From assembly GCF_963921235.1 (NCBI RefSeq), contig NC_086108.1, positions 22,692,001 through 22,756,000 of the forward strand: a stretch of 64,000 bases of DNA, written 5' to 3'. Shown here piece after piece: positions 27,290 through 39,725 of this stretch. Position numbers and translations under genes: made by a program. Each line of letters starts with the position of its first letter. Positions within the stretch are counted from its first letter, which is position 1. The stretch is from Mobula hypostoma (Eukaryota). A model generated the notes under the pieces. The model did no database searches, was not told the origin of the DNA, and worked only from the letters and a program-made list of their open reading frames with translations.

Positions 27290-27809
27290 TATAGCTAGGG
27301 TGCTATATAGACTTTTGCACAGTACAGTACTGTATTTGTCAATGTGGAGTGGCGAGCGAGTTTGGAAATCTGGTGGGAGCATAGGATGTTGAGAAAAGTG
27401 AGGGTGGAGTGCTGCAGGAGGGGTGTGGGACAGGTGCAGAGAAGGAATGTTGAGGGTGGGTGGTGGCACAAGTGCAGACACACCCATCCTGAGACACCAG
27501 GCAACGTCATTTGATTCCTAACAAATGGTTTATTGCTCATTTCAGAATGTCTCTCTGGTGCTTCCCGCTCCCTCCCCTCTCCCTTCTCCTTTTCCCAACC
27601 ATGAATTCCCTCTCCCTGCCCCCTTCCCACTCTCAGTCCACAATAGAGACCCATATCAGAATCAGGTTTATCATCACTCACATATATCATGAAATTTGTT
27701 TGTATTTGTGGCAGCAGTATAGAGCAATACACAAAATTATTACAGTACTGTGCAAAAGTCTTAGGCTCCCTTGCTGTATATATGTGTCTAAGACTTTTGC
27801 TTAGTACTG
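27290..27809 (+). mobile_element. Composite non-autonomous element with Tc1-like hairpin ends (copy 2)
   Basis: Right palindrome CAGTACTGTGCAAAAGTCTTAG...CTAAGACTTTTGCTTAGTACTG at 27743-27809 flanked by TA; partial hairpin at the left end. Confidence 0.75.
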
Positions 27810-28149
27810 TACATAGTAAATAGTATGTTGCCTGGACTGGAGGACTTTAATTATGGGAAGAGATTGGATTGGCTCTGTTTTTTTTTTCCTGGAGTGAAGG
27901 AGGCTAAGAGATGACCTATAGAGATATATAAATTTATAAGAGGTACAAATAGGTTAGATAGTCTGAGCCTTCTTCCCAAGGTAGAAGTATCACAAGCAAA
28001 TGGGCTTATGTTTAAGGTGAGAGAAAAGTGTTTTGATAGGATCCGAGGAAAAATGACTTTTTACATGGAGTGCTTTGTATCTAGAACATGCTGCTAGAGG
28101 ATCATAAGACATAGGAGGAGAATTAGGCCATCTGGCCCATCAGTCATCC

Positions 28150-28625
28150 ATTTGGTGAGTAGTCTTGGGACACATAGCTGAGAAAGGATGTGCTGGTATT
28201 GGAGAGAGTCCAGAGGAAGTGTATAGGAATGAAAGGGTTAATGTATGAGAAATCTTTGACTCTGGGCCTGTACTTGCTGGAGTTTAGTGGAATGAGAGGG
28301 GGATCTCATTGAAACATATGAACATTGCAAGTCCTAGATAGAGTGGAAGTGGAGAGGATGCTTCCAATAGCGGAAGTGTCTAAGCCCCGCAGGCGCAGCG
28401 TCAGAGTAGAAGGATGGACGTCCCTTTAGAACAGAGATGAGGAGGAATTTCTTTGGCCAGACGGTGGTGAATTTGTGAGATTCATTGTTACAGATGCTGT
28501 GAAGGTCAAGTCATTGGGTATATTTAAAATGAAGGCTGAAAGGTTCTTGATCCTTGATTAGTAATGGCATCAAAAGTTATGAGAAGAAGGCAGGAGAACA
28601 GGGTTGAGAGGGATAATCGATCAAC
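28150..28625 (+). mobile_element. CR1 3' fragment
   Basis: LRKDVLVLERVQR and GDLIETY remnants. Confidence 0.8.
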
Positions 28626-28889
28626 CATAAGGCACGATGAAATTAGATATAATGACTCTATTGAGAGATTATTAGGCAGGTGTTGTAGTTGAGTAGACCT
28701 AGAGTAGGGTTTCTGTGCATGGGCAGAAAGTTGGTATGTACATGATACACTGAAGGGCCGGATGGTGTGCTGTACGGCGCTACAAACCTATCAACACTTG
28801 AGACATTCTCTAGTCTGCATGGCAATGGCAAGCGGGGACAGGGAAAATAGGGGAGCCCCCTCCACTTTCGGTCAGGCATTGGGACAGAA

Positions 28890-29190
28890 CTAGACACTAG
28901 ACACTAGAATACTACAGCACAGTACAGGCCCTTCGGCCCTCAATGTTGTGCCGACCCATATATTCCTTTAAAAAAAACGTACTAAACCCACACTAACCCG
29001 TAACCCTCTATTTTTCTTTCATCTATGTGCCTGTCCAAGAGGCTCTTAAATATCCCTAATGTTTTAGCCTCCACCACCATCCCTGGAAAGTCATTCCAGG
29101 TACCCACAACCCTCTGGGTAAAAAACTTACCCCTGATGTCTCCCCTAAACTTCCCTCCCTTAACTTTGTACATATGCCCTCTGGTGTTTG
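28890..29190 (-). mobile_element. CR1 3' end
   Basis: TRGHMYKVKGGKFRGDIRGKFFTQRVVGTWN; (tagtgtc)n tail. Confidence 0.88.
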
Positions 29191-29494
29191 CTAGGTGCGA
29201 TGAAACTCGGTGCACATCTCTGTGCTTTCCTCTGTCAAAACAAGCACAGCACACGAGCAGATGGTACAGCTTCCATTTGCAGGGAATCCATTCAGTACCT
29301 TCACACTGTAATGTACCCTGCCACTGCAATTAGAGCTCTTCCAGGAGCATGAGGGAACAGACTGGCATCCTCTGCAAGAAGACTGATGTACACTGCTGAG
29401 AAATGACAACTGGGAGAACACTGAGCCAGCAGCTATATCTACCTGATTTATTGTTGGTGCTGGTTTGGATTGAAAGGTTAACTTCAGTTATGCA

Positions 29495-30055
29495 CCCTGA
29501 TCTAATGCTTGGCCTGAGATAAATAGGGGTGGGCATGATGGGATCTAATGCTTGGCCAGAGGTCGGTGAATTTGTGGAATTTGTTGCCACATGCAGCTGT
29601 GCAGGCCAGGTGGCTGCTTGTACTTAAGGCAGAGATTGATAGGTTCTTCATTGGACATGGCATTAAAGGTTATGGGGAGAAGGCTGGAAACTGGGGTTGA
29701 GGAGGAGAAAAAAAGGATCAGCCATGATTGAGTGGCGGAGCAGACTCGATGGGCCAGATGGCCTAATTCTGCTCCTATGTCATATGGTCTTATGGTCTAA
29801 ATAGGGATGGACACAATGGGAACTAATGTCTGTCCAGGAGAAGATAGGGATGGAGAGAATGGGATCTAATGTCTAGCTAGGATTAAATAACGATGGACAC
29901 AATGGGATCCAGTGCCTGCCCTGGAATAAAGAGGGATGAACAAAATGTGATCTGTTGCCTGGCAAGAATAAATAGCTGCAAACACAATGGGATCTATTGT
30001 CTGGTAGGAATAACTAGGGATAGTCACAATGGGATCTGATGCTTGACAGGGGTGA
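29495..30055. repeat. ~43-bp minisatellite interrupted by a CR1 3' end (~29558-29798, +)
   Basis: Repeated aaatagggatggacacaatgggatctaatg units on both sides of a CR1 tail ending tatggtcttatggtct. Confidence 0.8.
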
Positions 30056-31679
30056 ATGGAACTGATGCAAGGCTTTGTCTGTGACGCCAACATTCAAATA
30101 TCAGTAAACAAGAAGACTCACATTCGAGCAGTGATTTTGTTTCTTGTCAAGTTCTTGAGTTGTTGCTCTTGATTGCAGAAAGACTTTTTAAATCTCTTTT
30201 TCTTTCTCTCTTTCTTCAGTCCCTGAAAGATAAAGTTTTAGAGTCAGTTCTGAGACATCCTTCATTGTGACCTGTATATAGCAATATGCATTTTAGACAT
30301 ATTCATCTAAAGGAAAACATTCAGGCTTGAGTTTCCCTCAGTATGGTCAATCTGTGAGAGAGAGATAAATAGTGGAAATGCATTGCTCGTTGCAAAAACC
30401 AGTTCCTGTCTGCACACATGCCAGTATCCTTATTTGACATTTGGTCTTTAAAGACATGACAACAATCATTTGTATTCACTCCGCAAGATGAGGCACAACA
30501 GAAAGTTAGCAACAGCAGGGATTCTCACAGCAAGTGAAGTCTCGCTCAGGTTGATTGAGCACCTATCCCAGTTAAGATCAGCCTCAGACCACTGAAGGTC
30601 ACTGTCCGGTCGGTGAATATGCCTCATTTTGCGCTCTTGTGTTAGGTCAATCAGTATAATTGGGCTGGCCATGATAATCTGCAGTGTAGGACCCTGGTGG
30701 TTATATCTGCAACCTGCCTGTACACTCAGGCCATGACCTGTTCCCCAATGCACACCCGCCGGGTGTGAGTTGGTGAGAAGGTGGGTGAATAGGTTACAGA
30801 AACAATTAGTGGAGCAGTGTGAGCTACCACAGACTCAAGGAGCCGAGTGGCTGGCTTCTGTGTCATAAGGAAGTTTAGAAGTAAACAGGAGCAAAGAGGG
30901 AATATGGATAAAGTTCAGCTGTGCCTTCATTGGAACTAAGTTCTTAACTCTGCTGAAAACGTCATCACCCTGAGTCACAAGAGTGAAAATATTACTTAGA
31001 TTGTAAAGTCCTTTAGTACATCCTGGGTTTGCAAAAGTTACTTTATTAATGACAAGTTGTTACTTTTTTGAGTTTGAGTATTGATGGCATGATTGGATGC
31101 TTGGAGCAACAATGTAAGGGGACTTTAGACACTGCGGATTAAGAAATGTGCCGCTTTTTCAGACTGGCTGTCAACTGTCTTTGACCTGGAGTCCCTGGAG
31201 GTCTGAACACATGCCTCTCACCAGTCAGCTGATGACTTTGATTGCATGACATTACCTGCGCTCTTCAAATGTATCACAATTATGTCTCAACAGCACTGGG
31301 TCCTGAAATGCAAGTCCTGAATAAAATAGTTGACTTTTGAGTTCAGAGAGATGACTAATATTATTTGCATCAATGATCATAATGAATAGGAAAAATAATT
31401 TGAATTAAAATCTATTTGTGTGTTTGGTTTTCTCCTGTAACAGCTGCAGTAAAATTTTCATCAGAAATCAGTGGAACAGCTACTAACTTTACATACAGTC
31501 TCATGGTGTTTTACAGGACTGAGTGAAATCTACTGTATTTTGATCCAGTGTACTGATTTTCACACTGTTCTGTATAAAACACTATCATAGCACCACCCAA
31601 TCGATACCACACTCAGAACACTCCTCCCTTCTTTCCCAAGTATTTTCTTATTGTGTTGCATTCTGTCCAGATTGTCACA

Positions 31680-32040
31680 TTCCCTCTCCCCATTCCCCCT
31701 ACCCCTCCACCCTCCTCACCCCTTCCCCCATCTCTCCCCAACCCTCTCTGTCCTCTCCCCCTCTATCAGCACTTCTCCTCCTCCTTCCCTCAACCTCTCC
31801 CTCTCCCCGTCTTTCCCCCTCCCCTCTCTTCCACCCCTCTCTCCTCCCCCTCCTCTCCCCTCTTTCTCCCTTCTCCCCTGTCCTCTCCCCAATTCCCCCT
31901 CTCCTCTTCTCCTCTTCCCCCTCTCCTCTCCTTGTCCATTCCCCCCTCTCTCCCCCTCCCCCCTCTCACCAGTCTCTTTTCACCCCCTCTCCTCTCCCCC
32001 TCTCACTTCCTTACCCCCATCTCCCATCCCCATACCCCTG
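31680..32040. repeat. Polypyrimidine (C/T) low-complexity tract
   Basis: About 360 bp almost entirely C/T; it produces the spurious Pro/Ser/Leu ORFs. Confidence 0.95.
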
Positions 32041-32257
32041 TGATTAGGTTAGGGTTAATCAGAGTTTGTCAGGGTTTGCTGGTGTAGTGTGGCTTGAAGG
32101 GGGAAAGGGCCTATTCGTTGCTGTATCACTAAGTAAATAAATAAATGTCATAAATAGAGCAATAAGCGAACTGCCAGAGGAACTCACATCAAGCAGCATC
32201 TGTGGGGGGGGCGGGGGTGGGAGGGGTGGTGAGGAATGAATATATTGACAATTCACT

Positions 32258-32532
32258 AGGGCACTACAGCAGTGTAGCAGTTAGCTCGATGCTGTTATCA
32301 CTTGGGGCATCAGACTTCAGTTCTGGCGTCCCATGTAAGCAATTTTGTACGTCCCTTGTGTGTGCATGTGGGCTGCTTCCAGGTGCTCTGGTTTGCTCCC
32401 ACAGTCCAAAGACATGCCAGTTGGTAGGTTAATTGGTCATGCAAGTTGTCCTATGATTAAATCAGGAGGTTGCTGGGCAGCGTAGCTCAGTGGGTCAGAA
32501 AGGCCTGTTCCACGCTGTATCTCAAAATAAAA
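32258..32532 (+). mobile_element. tRNA-derived SINE (V-SINE/HE1-like)
   Basis: Reverse-complement match to 17110-17397; ends ctgtatctcaaaataaaa. Confidence 0.75.
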
Positions 32533-32895
32533 TGTAATTCCTTCCCCCTCGATGTGTTGTTCCTGCAGTCTCCTGTGTATCAGTAGACCATGATCTCTGT
32601 TCCTCATTGCTTTCCTTGGTTTGGTTTCATCCCAGAGTTTTGTGACAGACAACGTGAGATGTCTGGGCTTCCCTCATGCTGGGTCAAAGCAAGGAAAAAT
32701 CAGTCCAGGTTATAAATCCTGCTCTGCATCTGAACAGTGGAATTACTAGGAGAGAGATTATAAAGTGTATACTACACATGGAAGTGGTTTTCTTGTTTTT
32801 GAGTGTGAGTACTCACACAGATGGTTCCATTTTAAACCTAAATACCCACCCATGTTTCCAATTGAAATTATGTGATTAAACTGTCGACTTTTTTC

Positions 32896-33685
32896 CAAGA
32901 TGGTGCCAGCCTACATTCTCCATGGAGGTTACAGCTCAGATTTAGATTTTTTTTTAGTTGTTTATTAGGTTCATAGGGATGGTTTTAGGACAGAGAGGGG
33001 ATTTAAGGGTCAGGATACAGTTTAGGGACAGGAATGTGGGGGGAATAGAGGTCAGGCCAGAGTCTAAGCCTTTGCTCCAAGTTCAAAGGTCAGGGCTGGC
33101 AGACCAGCACAGATGAAGGCCGGTGTCACAACCCGCACCCCACCCCCACCCCCGGGTCAGCGAGTTATCAGAAAATTCTGGAGTTGGAATTCCATGTGGG
33201 AAGGGGGGACAAAGTCCAATGATCCCATGGTGAGACTGGAGTTCAAGGCTTAGTGTTTTGGGCCCTGTCATTGGCAAGTTGGAGTTCAAAGCCTAGTATT
33301 TGGTCACTGGCGGGCCAGGATTTGATGCCAAGGATTGAGGCCTGAGGGTTGAATTGGAAACCCATTGCTTGGAGGCTGAGTCTGTGAATTTTCGCACATC
33401 TGCTGGGGAAGATGAAGGCCCAGTATCTGCATGTCGGAGCCTGAGTCCGCTAATGGCTGATGACAGCCTGTTCTGGGATTGGAGGACGTGCATGGGAAGA
33501 CCGGGCTCATTTTCCTATTGTGTTGTTCTGCGTGTGGGCATGTTACATTGCGCCAGAATGTGTGGCGACACTTGCAAGCTGCCCCAGCACACCTTCAGAT
33601 GTGTTGGTTGTTAACAGAAATAATGCATTTCATTGTATGTTTCAACACACACGTGATAAATAAGTTTGAATAGTGAATCTTAAAT
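32896..33685 (+). repeat. Unclassified interspersed repeat beginning CAAGATGG
   Basis: Collinear with 17461-17990 at both the 5' and 3' ends. Confidence 0.6.
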
Positions 33686-35430
33686 CTTGTCCAGACCCAA
33701 TCTCCAGCCACTGTTTGAAATACAGTGACATCGTCTCAATGTCCTGCTGGCATAATCAATTGGGACCCTCTTCCAATGAGATCCCTCTGCTGAGTTAGTT
33801 AGTTGGGAGATTATGAACCAGGAAAGGGAAACAAAAAACTTGAGGGCATGAGTTTAAGATGAGAAGAGAGAGACTTGAAAGGGATCTGAAAGGCAACTTC
33901 ACGCAGGGGGTGGTGCATATATGAAATGAGCTGCCTGTGAAAGAAGTTGAGGCTGGTTTAATAAAGAGAGCTAGGAGACGTTAATTGAGTATGTCTGCCA
34001 GAAATGGATAGTACATGGTGACGTATATGACTGGAGGCAAGGGTTGAGCTGATTTCACTCGCTCTGCTGTGAATGTTCATTCCTTTCTCGGTGGCACTGA
34101 GGCTATGAACTGATCCGGCTGCTGTGTGTTTTTGCCTCGCTGGTGTGATGAACTGGGACCGAGGCTTGGGCCTACTCTGGCTACCCCGGGAGCAGATCTG
34201 GGGGCTCAGTCTGGTTCAGAATGCTGTTGGCTTGCTTCTATTGTTTGTGTGATTCGTGTTTTTCTTTCCTCTCTTTCTCTGTGCAGTGGTTTTTGGTCTT
34301 TTTTAAAAATTGGATTGTTCGGGTTTCTTGCTTTCTGGCTGGCTGTAAGCAGACAAATCTCAAGGTGTATAATCTATAAATTTTTGATAATAAATGTGCT
34401 TTAAATCTTGAATCTTTGATAATAAATTTACTTTGAACTTTGAACATTTGGGTAGTGTATGGATAGGAAAGGTAAGTGTATGGATAGAGGGATATGGGCA
34501 AGTAGGATTAGCTTAGTTGGGCACCTGGGTTGGCATGGACGAGTTGGGTTGAATGGCCTGTTTCTGTGTTGTATTACTCTGACTATGACTTGGTCTGAGA
34601 ATCTCACAGGGATAAATGCTGCTTTTTGTGAATGGCACCTTTGTTTTGATTTTTCAGCTGCAGCTACAATATATATTTTTCTTTCTCTAACACTAAAATA
34701 AACCTCCCACAGATGCAAGCACAATAACTTCCTCCTGCAATCTCTACTATCATCTCTATTTTTCACCGCTGTGTGGAAAATGCAAAGACTTGAGTCTCAT
34801 TGTAACGTGATCCTTGCTGAGTTCAACTAAATCCTGTTCCTGTTCCCTGTTAATGTACAGAATTTGTCATTTGATTTATTTTTGTCACACGCACCGAGGT
34901 ACAATGAAAAACAGATTTATATCCCATCTATACAGATTACTTCAAAACGTAAGTACTTTGAGGTAACACCAAGGGAAAAGCTATATCAGAATGCAGAGTT
35001 CAATCTTATAATTACAGAGAAGGTGCCATGCAGACAGACATAAAGGAACAAGGCCATGACGAGGTAGATTCTGAGGTCAAGGGTTCATTTTATCATACAG
35101 TAATCTTATAACAATGGGATAGAAGCCATCCTTGAGTGTAGTGATACGCAGTTTCGGACTTTTGTATCTTCTGCCTAATAGATTAGATTTATTTATCACA
35201 TGTACATTGAAACATCGAAAAATACGGTGAAATGTGTCTTTTCCATCAATGACCAACACAGTCCGAGAATGTGCTTGGGGCTGCCTTGCTTCTGGCACCA
35301 ACATAGCATACTCAAAGCTGACTAACCTTACTAACTCAAATGTCTTCGGAGTGTGGTAGGAAACCAAAGTACTCAGAGGAAACCCACACAGTCATGAGGA
35401 GAATACAGAATACAGAACCCCATACAGACA

Positions 35431-35568
35431 CGAGGAGTTCTGCAGATGCTAGAAATTCAAGCAACACACATCAAAGTTGCTGGTGAACGCAGCAGGCCAG
35501 GCAGAATCTCTAGGAAGAGGTACAGTGGACGTTTCGGGCCGAGACCCTTCGTCAGAACTAACTGAAGG
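35431..35568 (-). mobile_element. Penelope-type pseudo-LTR inserted in a SINE
   Basis: 14-bp TSD ACCCCATACAGACA at 35417-35430 and 35569-35582; host SINE spans ~35320-35660 (-). Confidence 0.85.
35523..35560 (-). ncRNA. Minimal type I hammerhead ribozyme motif (Penelope-type)
   Basis: Minus strand reads tagtt-CTGACGA-a-gggt(ctcg)gccc-GAAA-cg-TC-cactg: intact catalytic core, 4-bp helix II, palindromic ACGT helix III, imperfect helix I. Confidence 0.65.
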
Positions 35569-37814
35569 ACCCCATACAGACAGTAGCTGAACTTGAATCT
35601 CAGTCGTTGATTTCTGGTGCTGTAAAGCATTGTGCTAACCATTAGATTACTACACCACCCTACTGTACCATACCATATCAGGAGTGGGGATGGGGGAGGT
35701 GTAGAAGTAGTTGATTAATTTGGTTGCTTTTCTGAGGCAGTTCTGGTTTATGTAATGTGCTATGATCTATGTCCATAACTCTGCGATTTCTTGAGTTACA
35801 GCCGAGCAGTTCCCGTACCATGCTGTGATGCTTTTTGTGATACATCTATAAACATGGTGAGGGTCAGTAGGGACGGGTTGATTTTCTTTAATCTCCTGAG
35901 GAGGTAAAGGTGCTCGTCCTCTTTCTTGGCCATGCTCTCCCCATAGTTGGATCAGGACTGGCTGTTGGTGATATTCACACCTGGGAACTTTGAACTCTGA
36001 ACTGCCTTAACCTCAGAACCACTGATGTAAACAGGAACACGTGTGCGCTCCACTTCTTGAAGTCAGTGACTCCTCTCTGAATATTCTTGTTTAGATGGTG
36101 CGCAAACTGAACACTGACCCTAACCTGCAGTCATAAACCCTCTGAGCCTGAGAAACCTTATGTTTTCAACCTCTGCCTCCTCAGCTGACTAGTCAGCCTC
36201 AGCTGTCGTCTGCATTGCTGGGAACTGGCATGGACGTGGCGGACTCTTTCTGTGCAGCAGGCAGTTAGTGGGTCTAAATCTAGCAGGCCAGACAGAGGGC
36301 AGTTATCACCCCCATGAGCTCATTCAGTTTCATATTCATTCATTTTGTTCAGCGTGTGATGCAGGCCACTCTGACTCCATTTGGATTTTTGGCCCTCAAA
36401 TATCAGTTGTACATCAGGAGGGAAACAAAGGGAAAAATCACAATAGCAAAGCATTCCGTGGTTTGAAGATTTAGTTCTGCTTATTGAAACAATACTTTCC
36501 TGAATCTCCTTTCAGACTTCTTTCTCTGCACTCAAATGCAAACAATGAACGTTAAACAGACCCTTGTCTGCAGGTCAGTTTTTCTTCCTTTCATTATCCT
36601 GTGCAATATCATTTTACTCAAGATCTGCAGATTTTATGACAACGACAGACATGCCATGCAAAGTGCTGTGCATCACAGGCTAAAAATAGCCAATGAGCAG
36701 TACAACCTTCTCAATGTGAGACTAATATTAGAGCATCTTTTTACTTGCAAATGAAGTTCTGCAACATCCCCCCCACCTTTGATCCCATTTGACTTCTTTC
36801 TAAAGTGCCAATGGCTTTGGTAAATGATAATTGTGACTCAGTAGATGCAAGGGGTGATGGTGGGGAGTGGTATCCCACTTGTGGACCAATTTGTAAGTCA
36901 GATGCTGGGGCAGTTTGTGTGATGGGATGCCTGCCCGGGACTTGCCCGTAATGTGGGGCTATGGCCCCTATGGGCCTGTTGAGCTCCTGAACACAGGCCC
37001 ACTGCCCCACGACACCATTCACAGTTTATCATAACAAGTCAGCTGCCCTGTCTTGCACTGATGATGTTATTTTTTTTTGTTTTGCCAGTGGTTGACACAG
37101 AATGCTCGATAATGTGCTATTTTGGAGTTGGGTACATATTTAACCCCCTCCCACCTCAAGAATTGCAAAACATCACTAGCAATACTGAACAAAAACTGTG
37201 GCCAGTGTCTCTCTTTACTTAATTGTATGAGAAATGCCATCTCCAATTGCAACCTAAAATCCAGAGGATGACTGCTAGATTCACTTATTTCAGTGCAGAA
37301 GGCCATTTGGCCCATCAGATCAATGCTGATTCTCAACAGAGTAGTCACACCAGCTCCATTCCCCATTTCTCTCTGAGATACCATCAATGTCCCTTTGATA
37401 CTTTCATCCCTTAGCTACATTGAGGGGTAATTAGCAGTGACCAATTGGCTTTGGAATGTGGGAGGAAACTGGAGCACTTGGAGGAATCCCATGTAGTTAG
37501 AGGAAGAATGTGCAAACTCTAAATGTGTTGGTGGCCAGGCCTCTACCATCATTCACCCCATCCCCCTTCCTATCTGAACTTAAGCCAGGAATTTTGGTCA
37601 CTCACTGGCTAGCTGCCAAGTTGCAAAGGATCTCAGTGGAATTAGGTCACGAATATCAAGGGAAGTCCACTGATGCAAAACCCAAGAGATCTCCCCTCCT
37701 GGCTAAGGGCTGGCTTCATCAGCCAGTTGGCAATGGGCTTGGGGGACAGCTTTCTGATTGGTTAGCCAGTTTGCTGTTCTGCCCATTTTGCAAGTGGAAA
37801 CATAGACATACAGG

Positions 37815-37960
37815 CGTGAGAGATTATGCAGATGCTGGAAGTCCAGAATAACACACACAAAACACTGGAGGAACTCAGCAGGTTGGGTAACATCTATGGA
37901 GAGGAACAAATAGTTGATGTTTTGGACCAAGACCTTTCATCAAGATTGATGAGGGGACTG
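37815..37960 (-). mobile_element. Penelope-type pseudo-LTR fragment
   Basis: gcagatgctggaagtccag..ctggaggaactcagcagg..gacctttcatca. Confidence 0.7.
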
Positions 37961-39354
37961 ATGAGGGACATTGTCATGAGTCAGCCAAATGGCCAAGTGG
38001 TGTTCTGTACACTACGTGTGGTCTCACCTGCACCCTGCACCATTGTAATGAAATCCTATTTCTGAACTCCAACACTTTTGCACTAAAAGACCAATAAGTC
38101 ACCCGCCATATTAACTACTTGCTGCACCTGCTTGTTAACATTTTGTGAATCGTGCACGAACACCTATTGTAGATCTCTTAGAATTTCACTCATTTGCAGT
38201 CTCTCTCTATTAACATAATAATCTGTCTTTTGATTCTTTGTACTGAAGTATTTTGGGACCTCACACTTGTCCATATTAAACTCTATTTAGCATGTTTTTG
38301 CCCAGCCTCTCAATCTATCTATATTACAAAATCACTGCTTTCTACCTGTTTTCATGCTTCTGGCAAAGAGTTTGGAATCTGATCCAGCCAGAATTCTGTC
38401 TTGTCTAACTGCACCTTAAAACCTGGAAAACGACTGCTAGATTCACTTGTTACAGAAGGCCATTTGGCCTGTCAGCTATATACTGGCTTTCAACAGAGCA
38501 AATCCACTACTTTTATTACTCCATTACTCACTTTCATACCACTGACACCCCCCACCCTGCTTTGATCCTTTTGCCCCTTCGCTACACTGAGGTATAATGT
38601 ACAGTGGCCATTTCACCTGTTGAACATGCAAACTCCACATGGACAGCACCCAAGGTCAGGAGTCCCCGGGTCTCTGAAGCTGTGTGGTAGGATGCACTGC
38701 CATCTCTCACCCACATCTGTTGGTGGCCCCGAAGTGCATTCTTATACCTGCAGATGTCAAGCTTAGCTTGGTAGGTAGCACTTCCAGCAATGGGTTCGAA
38801 GTGTGTTGGGTCAAGTATCCGATGTTTGGACAGGCTGACTCAGTGCAGTACAGAGGGGGTGCTACAGAGCTGGAGGCGCTGTCTCTCAGTTACCCCACTA
38901 TATATTTAAGATCAAGTTCAGGTCTAGCCATGTTTCCCTAACCTGCTGGGCTGAGTCCACTGCACAGAAAGCAGCCATTGAGGTGGGGTGTTCAAACTTT
39001 TGGCCTCGTTGCTGTTGCTGTATGGAGGGGAGTGCTGAAGTGGATGGGAAAGGAAATGTTAGCACCCGCGACAGATAGAGAACCAGCCTGCTGAGATCCT
39101 ACTTTGCTAACCAGGAACTCTGGGTGTCCATCTAGGCCCAAGTCAAACATTAGACCCAATCTTGAGTTTATTGTCATCTGCACAAGTACATGTCAGCACA
39201 GGTGCAATGAAAAACCTGCTTGCATTGGCATCAGAGGTACATGGTATAATTTTGGCAGGATTCACAAGAAAGTCATAAATATAAGTTATACACAAATTTT
39301 ATAAGTAAGAACACAATCAACAAAGTCCATTTATTGTGAAGTGGTTATGCTGTC

Positions 39355-39725
39355 TTCAAACAGATGAGGCTCGTCAGCCGATGTTGGCAGCTCATTTAGG
39401 AGAAGAAAATCTCTGATCTCAAAACTCCGTTGCCTTGCGACCATACCCACTCATGGGGAAGACTTCAGGAGTAAACCCTAAGGGAAAAGCTCAGAGCCAG
39501 AATCTCTAAGTCTGTCCTCATTGTGCTCAACACTGACTGGTAACTTCTGTGGCGCTGGTGGTGTCAAACTGTGTCAGTCTCTGCCATTCTTTTGGGTTCA
39601 TCTGATGCGTGGAGAGGGGAGCTTGCTGCATGGGCTACAGCTCAATCTCAATATTTTACTACCCAGGCTTGCGCATCTGGACAGTTAGGACGCGACATCC
39701 ATGGCCGACCTTGACCGACGGAGGC
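39355..39725 (+). mobile_element. RTE-derived non-autonomous element inserted in a Rex-type 3' end (39160-39350 and 39726-39925, -)
   Basis: GC-richer block interrupting a continuous Rex-type 3' sequence. The taggagaagaaaatctctga motif resembles RTE leaders (from recall). Confidence 0.45.

Larger units (their letters stand above)
26715..28100 (+). mobile_element. Old CR1 fragment interrupted by two insertions
   Basis: DIVYMPISKTFDKVP and IQFAYDMKIGG remnants; inserts at ~27000-27197 and 27290-27809. Confidence 0.7.

Noticed and set aside
30220..30270. Strong plus-strand acceptor followed by SLKDKVLESVLRHPSL*
   Set aside because: Too short and unrecognised; a pyrimidine run explains the signal.
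32042..32060. Interstitial telomeric repeat
   Set aside because: Only one perfect TTAGGG; it is part of the SINE family tail.
31651..32087. Pro/Ser-rich ORFs of 130-144 aa
   Set aside because: Artefact of the C/T low-complexity tract.
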